Shown in pieces: positions 56,298-64,000 of a stretch of DNA of 64,000 bases. The stretch is from Paraspadella gotoi (taxonomy: Eukaryota; Animalia; Chaetognatha). The notes under the pieces were generated by a model. It searched no databases. It saw only the letters and a list, made by a program, of their open reading frames with translations, and was not told where the DNA came from. The DNA is taken from assembly GCA_051294375.1 (NCBI GenBank), contig CM119271.1:8773083-8837082 (forward strand), written 5' to 3'. The stretch's first letter is position 1; each line of letters starts with the position of its first letter. The position numbers were made by a program, and so were the translations under genes.

Positions 56298-56455
56298 CTT
56301 AACCTAAACCCTACCTAATCCTGAAGCCTAACCCTAAACCCCTAATAAGCGCCTTATTCCTAATTCTTAACTATAACCTCAGACACAAACCTTGATTCCT
56401 AACCCAAATTTTTAACCTAAATTACCAACCTAAAATGTTTATAACTAACCTAACC
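56298..56455 (-). repeat. Degenerate (CCCTAA/CCTAA)-like tract
   Basis: aacctaaaccctacctaatcc, cctaaccctaaacccctaa, ctaacctaacc. Confidence 0.55.
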
Positions 56456-57520
56456 GTTACCTTCATTTAAATCCTTCATTTAAAAAAAATTTACCTAATT
56501 CCGAATTAAAGATTAAAATGGGGCGTTCTGGGAAAATGAGGGCCCACTTTTTTTTTTTTTTTTTTGTCTCTTTTTCTTTTTTTCTCTCTCAATTCTCTCT
56601 CCGGCGAAGTTTAATATTTATCGTAATTCCAGTGACCGTAACGATTTTTAACTTTGTCTTTGAGTCGTTACTGTTATTTCTCGCTCCCTTTTTTTTTTCT
56701 TAGCGAATTGTGAAAAAAAAAATTCGTGGCGACTTTCATTGCAAAATATCGAGTTTCTGCGCAAAAAAAGAAATAAAAAATTGGGTGCGAGTATTGGGTG
56801 TGATGAAAATATGTATACATACAGATTTCAATTTATTTTATTTTACTTTTTCTAATTTTGTATAATTAAATTAAAATCTTAGGACAGAGTTTTTAGATTT
56901 GAATTTGTTGTATTGAGGATCCCTTCCTGTTCCCTCAATAAAATCCCAAATATAGTATTTGTTACAAATGTTTAAAATTCAATTGTCGGAATCTTAAAAC
57001 TTAAAATGTTTTCATTTTATTAAATTAATCATGTTTGTTTGTACTTTTCAAATCGAATAATGTTTAAAAAACTTGGTAAAACAAGTATACTTGTACATAA
57101 TATAATATTTTAGAACACTTAGTTATTTTGGGCCACCCTAACTACTTGCATTCGCCTTTTTTTTTTTTTTTTTAATTAAAACTATGTTCACAGTTTTTTA
57201 AAATGTGGTTTTCTAGTTTTGATTTTCTCCATTAAACGAAATCCAAACCTCCTACACTTCCCAACTCCCGTTACATTCACAAGTTCGTAGAAAGGCTGGC
57301 ATCCTCTTCTCTCTCATTCTCTCCTCTCTTCTCTCTCCTCTCTCTCTCTCTCTCCTCTCCTCTCTCTCTCTCTTCTCTCTCTCGCCGGTCTCGGAAACCT
57401 TTCCAACCCTGTCCATAATTTAAAAGATTTTAAAGCCGCTATATTTTCTTCATTGATGGTTCTGTGAAAGTATAGGGAGAGAAAGAGAGAGGACCCCCGG
57501 ATGTTGTCAAATTAAAAGTC

Positions 57521-57553
<33 letters not shown>

Positions 57554-57731
57554 CTGCTCTCTCTCCTCTCTCTCATCTCTCTCTGCTTCTCTCTCTCTCT
57601 CTCCTTCTCTCTCTTCGCGTATCAAACCCGAAAAACAAAACCTCTCCGTCTCGACATTAATGGGACGATTTTAAAAAGGTTAGAACAAACTTTTTTTTTT
57701 TTCGCCCCACTCGGCCCGTCGCGTTAAAACC

Positions 57732-57771
57732 GGCCAATCGGAAGCGAGTCCGCCCATTGCTCGGCCAATCC
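57732..57771 (+). promoter_or_regulatory. CCAAT pair (duplicated at about 61215-61252)
   Basis: ggCCAATcg at 57734 and ggCCAATcc at 57765 (31 bp apart) in a CpG-rich island. Confidence 0.55.
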
Positions 57772-60700
57772 GAGAGCTAGAATTGAGCGACCGACTCGGT
57801 GACCCGCGGGATAGCGCCGAATGGTAGCCCGATGTTGAAGACCTCAATATCTGCCAGCGAGTCGGAAGAATAATTGGGCTTTAATAGCGAAAAGAGAAAC
57901 CGTCGACCACCTTTGAAACGAAAATCCATTTCTCTCTCTCTCTCTCTCCTCTCTCCTCTCCTCTCTGCTCTCTCTTCTCTCTACTCTCTCTCTCTCTCTC
58001 TCTTCTCTTCTCACACACACACCGGGAGGGGATCGAGGGGAGGGAAAAACTGTAGGTGGCTTCGAAATGGGAAACTGGTAAATACTTTTTTTTTATTTTG
58101 GGCTTCAGATGGTAACGAGCAAAGTATATCGAAGACATGTTACAGATGGGCTCGTTTAAAGGGGTAATTACAGATTGGGAAAAGGGGTCCTATGGTTTAA
58201 AAATAGAGGAAATCTCACGTGGTGAATGAGTGTGACTTTCGCAGACGATAAAGTTGGTATAAACCGACAAAAACATTGAGAAAATAGATGATGAATGTGT
58301 TAGGTAGAATTCAAGTAGTATTATAAAGTTCACATAGAATTTTTTATAATTTTTTTTGTTAAATAGTCACGTTCCATTCCTCATTTACAAACGGGACAAA
58401 TCACTAAAATATCAAAAATCCGTATTAATTATCGTTATCATTCATTATTGTATACAATATCACTTAAATTCATTTTCCATTAGCCTCGAGCGAGGAGATT
58501 GTACACATGGAAGACTCGAGAATGAAATTTCCAAGCGTCTTTCGTTGAAACTCGATCCTAAATGTCCGAATCTGTCGACGACGAATAGTAAAGGCGTTTT
58601 GAAAGAGGCTCCGCTCCTTTGACACTTAACAGCCTCTTGGGCTTTGAAGACGATATCCTTCAAAAGATTTTTCAGTCATCTTCGCCGCTCCAGATTTGCG
58701 GGTTGCAGCTTGTTGGGCGTTTGATTTTAGTTTAATTATTAACTCGATAGTTTAATATTTTTTGATTTTTTGTACACGTGCAAAATGCTGATGTTTCTAT
58801 GTTTAATGAAAATTATTGTTTTGAGGAAAACGCTGGTCGAAGAAAAAGCTTTTTGTGCGATGTGCGGGTTGTCAGGGAAACGATCTCGAGTTTGAGAAGA
58901 AACGGCCTTCGGTTTAAAAAATGACAACTTGACTCTTAAAGTAATATTTGTCACCACAAAGACTTTTTTTTTATTCATACCTAAAAAAATTGTCGTGAAT
59001 ACTTAAAAGATAAATTTGAGAAATACTAACAAAGTTTTTAATTGTAGACGACCCAAAACAATGCTATGTCTTTTTTGTTTTGTTTTTTGACAAAAAAAAA
59101 GCCTCCGAACAAAACTTTCTGCGTTTGTCAAAATATGAATGAAAAAAATGAAAAGTCAACATTTGTCAAAAAAAAATAGAAAAATAAAAAACGAGGGAGA
59201 AAAATTGTTGACGACGAAGAAAATAAATCAGGAATTTTTGTCGCCAACGCCGCCCGGTCGTGTCGCTTTAATTGCCTGGCCCTTTTGTTTTTAGCTGGAG
59301 GTCTCATTCTTTTTTGTTAATTTTTTTTTNNNNNNNNNNNNNNNNNNNNNNNNNAGAGAGAGATAAAGTAAAGAAAAAACGAAAGATAAATGAGACAGAA
59401 GATAGAGAGGGAGCCCTCGCTTAAAAAAAAAAAAAAAACGGGCCGCGGATGGTAATAATGCAACGACGATAACATGTAAAAAGGAAATTTAGTTCTGGGT
59501 TTTTTTCTTCCGAATTTAATGACCAAACTCTTCGCCATCAAGTCATTCGTCTGACGCAGCTGTCGGCGAAGACGTGACGCCTGCCGAATTCTCCGAAAAA
59601 AAAAAAAACACATCGAAATTGGTCCCGATGACTGGGCTGTCGTTGTTGTTTGTTAAGTTCGCCGATTGTCTCGTATTGTCTGCACCAAGAGCGAATACCA
59701 GTTCAACTTACCTCTGAAAAAAGTTGTTTCTTTACAGCTGCCACACCCAAACCACGAACCAGACCTGTCCTGCACCCACGCGAAGAGAAACTTTTTCGTT
59801 GTCAGATCAGTCGTCGTCGTCGCGTCGTCGTCGTCCCCTCTGTCGTAATATTTTAAAGGTGGAGAAAAAAACGGATAACCAAAAGCCGTAATAAAGTTTG
59901 AATACAAAAAAAGATTTCGTTTTTGAGAAGAAGATTTGTGTTCGTCATGCTTTTCCTTTTTTTTTTTTCCGACGTGAAGGGCGTGGACCAGGAGTGACGC
60001 GTTCGGAGGATTCGTCCGATTAGCCGAGGTGATATTGAGTTATTTTTCGTGAGTGGAAAAACCTCGTGAAAGTCCTGACTCTGTGAAGTCTTTCTTTTTG
60101 TGTGACTTTTGAGGGGTAGGTCGTAATTGTGAGGTGTTAAGATACTTAATATGGCGAGTAGAAGTGATAAGCTTTTCTTCTAGATTTTTTTTTTTTCTTA
60201 TTTTTCCTCAAATAAAAGATAACTGACTTAACTGTCAGAATAGATAAAATGATAGATTTAAAGAACGCTGGTAATTTTTACCCTCAGCACACGAGTCTAC
60301 CCAAATGAAATAACTATAATTTTAGAATATTAACTTGTCAAAGTCAGTTTGTAAAACGAGCCTAACTCAATGATTATCTTCTCTCTCTCTCTCTCTCTCT
60401 CTTCTCTCTGCTCTCTCCTCTCTCTCTCTCTCTCATCTCTCTCTGCTTCTGCCTCTCTCTCTACTCTGGCGACTTTCTGCAAGAGCTTTTTTCCGTTCCT
60501 TTTCCGTAATCAAAATATTAATGATATTCGAATCAGGAAACAAAATCGCTTTGGCGTCGAAAACAAAAATGTGTCGCTCACTCGAGAAAAAATGGACGAA
60601 TGTCATTTTCGGGTCTCCTCACTTCTTGTTTACACAAAAGACATCTCTTTCTCTCCTCTCTCTCTCTCACTCTCTCTCTCTCTTCTCTCTGCTCTCTTCT

Positions 60701-60959
60701 CTCTCTCTTCTCTCTCTTCTCCTCTCTCTCTCTCTTTTCCCTTAAAACAAAAGGGAAAGGAGACAAAGGATTTATTTTTCACGGTCGAAAAAATTGAAAA
60801 AAAAAATATATGAAAACGAAGAAACGCGCGCAAATAAAACAAACAATAAAAAAAAAAACAAAAAAAAACTTTTTTTCGACGCCAAAGATTTTGTTTCCTG
60901 ATTCGATATCATTAATATTTTGATTACGGAAGAACGGAAAAAGCTCTTGAGAAAGTGCC

Positions 60960-60993
60960 AGAGGAGACCCCCGGATTGTTCAAATTAAAAGTC

Positions 60994-61026
<33 letters not shown>

Positions 61027-61038
61027 CTGCTCTCTCTC

Positions 61039-61077
<39 letters not shown>

Positions 61078-61421
61078 CTCTCTCTTCTCCCGTAATCAAA
61101 CCCCGAAAAACAAAACCTCTCCGTCTCGCAACATTAATGGCGACGATTTAAAAAACGGTTTAGAAAAAACTTTTTTTTTTTCGCCCCACTCGGCTACCGT
61201 CGCTGTAAAACCGCGCCAATCGGAAGCGATCCCGCCATTGCTCGGCCAATCCGAGAGCTAGAATGAGCGATCCGCACTCGGTGACCGCGCGGATAGCGCC
61301 GAATGTAGCCCGATGGTTTGAAGACCTCATAATCTGCCAAGGAGTTCGAAAATTGTGGGCTTTAATAGGCGAAGATTAAGAGAAACCGTCGCCACCTTAT
61401 AACCGAAAAATCTCTCTCTCG

Positions 61422-61452
<31 letters not shown>

Positions 61453-63371
61453 CTCCTCTCTCTCTCTCTCTCTCTCTCTTCTCTGCTCTCACACACACAC
61501 CGGGAGGGATCGAGGAGAGGGAAAAAACTGGTAGGTGGCTTCCCGAGGAAATTGGGGGGAAACTGGTAAATACTTTTTTTTTTTATTTTGCTGGCTTTCA
61601 GATTGGTTAAACGAGCAAAGTATATCAAAGAAAGAACAGTTACAGATGGGCTCGCTTTTAAAGGTGGTAATTACGGATTGGGAAAAGGCGTTCCTTATGG
61701 TTTAAAAATAGAGGAAATCTCACGTGAGTGAAAAGAGTGGTGACTTTCGCAGACGATAAACTTGGTATAAACGACAAAAACATTGAGAAAATAGATGATG
61801 AATGTGTTTAGGTAGAATATCAAGAGTATTTATAAAGTTCGACATTAGAATTTTTTATAATTTTTTTGATTAAATGAGTCACGTTCCATTCCCTTCATTT
61901 ACAACGGACAAATCACTAAAATTAGTCAAAAAATCCGATATTAATTATCGTTATCATTCATTAATTGTATACAATACACTTAAATTCATTTTCCATTGAG
62001 CCTCGAGCGAGGAGCATTGTACACATGAAGACTCGAGAATGAAATTTCCAAGCGTTTGCGTTTGTTGAAACTCGATCCTAAATGTCCGAATCTGTCGACG
62101 ACGACATTAGTAAAGGCGTTTTGAAAGGAGGCTCCGCTTCCTTTGACACTAACAGCCTCTTGGGCTTTGGGGGAAGACGAGATAAATCCTTTCAAAAGAT
62201 TTTTCAGTCATCTTCGCCGCTCCAGATTTGGGGTTGCATCTTGTTGGGCGTTTGATTTAGTTTAATTTATTTAACTCGATAGTTTAATATTTTTTGATTT
62301 TTTGTACCACCGTGCAAATAATGCTGATTTTCTATGTGTTTAATGAAAATTATTTGTTTTGACGCGAAAACGTCTGGTCAGAAAGAAAAAGCGTTTTTGT
62401 TTGCGATGTGCGGGTTTGTCAGTGGAAAACGATTTCGGAGTTTGAGAAAAAACGGCCTTCGGTTTAAAAAAAATGGTACAAACTTGACTCTTAAAGTACA
62501 ATTTGTCACACAAAGAATTTTTTTTTATTTCATACCTAAAAAAATTTGTCGGTGAATAACTTAAAAGAAAATTTGAGAGCAATACTAACAAGTTTTTAAT
62601 TGTAGACGACCCAAAACAATTGCTATGTTTCTGTTTTTTTTTTACAAAAAAAAGAAGCCCTCCGAAACAAAAACTTTTCTGCGTTTTGTCAAAATATGCA
62701 ATTGAAAAAAAATTGAAAAAGTCAACATTTGTCAAAAAAAAATAGAAAAATAAAAAACGAGGCGGAGAAAAATTGTTGACGACGAAGAAAATAAATCAGG
62801 AATTTTTGTCATCCCAACGCCGCCCGGCTCGTGTCGCTTTAAGTTTGTCCTGGCCCTTTTGTTTTTAGCTGGAGGTCTCATTCTCTTTTTTGTTAATTTT
62901 TTTTTGTTTTTTCTTTTTTATTGTTTTGTTTATTTCGCGCGTTCTCTCGTTTCATATATTTTTTTTTTCATTTTTTTGACCGTGAAAAATAAATCCTTTG
63001 TCCCTTTCCCTTTTGTTTTAAGGAAAGAGCAGAAGAGAGGAGAGAGAGAGAAGAGAGAGAGGAGAGAGAGAGAGAGAGACGAGAGAGAGAGGAGAGAGAG
63101 AGAGGAGAGAAAGAGATGTCTTTTGTTGTAAACAAGGAAGTTGAGGAGACCCGAAAATGACATTCGTCCATTTTTTCTCGAGTGAGCGACACATTTTTGT
63201 TTTCCGACGCCAAAGATTTTGTTTTCCTGCATTCGAATATCATTAATAATTTTGATTACGGAAAGAACGGAAAAAAGCCTCTTGCAGAAAAGTCGGGCCA
63301 GATAGAAGAGAGAGCAGAGAGGCAGAGGACGGATGATGAGAGAGAANNNNNNNNNNNNNNNNNNNNNNNNN

Positions 63372-63407
<36 letters not shown>

Positions 63408-64000
63408 TAATCATTGAGTAGGCTCGTTTTACAAACTGACTTGACAAGTTAATATTTCTAAATATAGTATTTCATTTGGTAGACTCGTGGCGAGGGTAAA
63501 AATACCAGCTTCTTAAATTAAGACTTAATCAATTTATCTATCTGACAGTTAAGTCAGTTATTTTTATTTGAGAAAAAAGAAAAAAGAAAAAATCTAGAAA
63601 AGCTTATCACTTCTACTCGCATGATTAAAGATATCTAATCACCTCACAATACACCTACCCCTCAAAAGTCACACAAAAAGAAAGACTTCACAGTCAGACT
63701 TCACAGTTTTTACTCACGAAAATAACTCAAATCACCGTCGCTAATCGACGAATCTCCGACGCGTCACTCCGTCACGCCCTCACGTCGGAAAAAAAAAGAA
63801 AAGCAGACGAACCACAAATCTTCTTCTCAAAAACGAAATCTTTTTTTTTTCAAACTTTATTACGTCTTTTGTTTATCCGTTTTTTCTCACCTTTAAAATT
63901 TACGACAGAGGGCGACGACGACGATGACAACGAAAAAGTTTCTCTTCGCGTGGGTGAGACAGTCTGGTTCGTGGTTTGGGTGTGGCAGCGAAAGAAACAA
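60960..64000. repeat. Noisy direct copy of 57490-59330 (60960-62905) followed by an inverted copy of 59720-60870 (62905-64000)
   Basis: Colinear matches with indels; 25-N gaps at 59330-59354 and 63347-63371. Confidence 0.85.

Overview
This is eukaryotic (probably animal) draft-assembly DNA. It is AT-rich and saturated with (GA)n, (ACG)n and other microsatellites, and it has many N-gaps. I recognise no intact protein-coding gene: nearly all ORFs in the track are microsatellite or N-run artefacts. Much of the window is redundant. At least nine gaps are exactly 25 N long and sit next to indel-rich direct or inverted copies of neighbouring sequence, which fits long-read gap filling (PBJelly-style), so these duplications are probably artefacts. 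The best-supported biological signals are five. (1) A decayed L1/Tx1-type LINE 3' end followed by an LTR-retrotransposon gag remnant at 0.7-1.9 kb. (2) A minimal Penelope-type hammerhead ribozyme on the minus strand at about 44.2 kb, with two strong tandem hairpins about 110 bp away. (3) A ~2.3 kb non-autonomous DNA transposon with long GC-rich TIRs and an 8-9 bp TSD, whose empty site is also in the window. (4) Four separate CCAAT (NF-Y) clusters spaced 28-33 bp apart. (5) DINE-1/HINE-like elements and an unclassified ~235 bp dispersed repeat. All family assignments come from motif recognition by eye, not from database searches.
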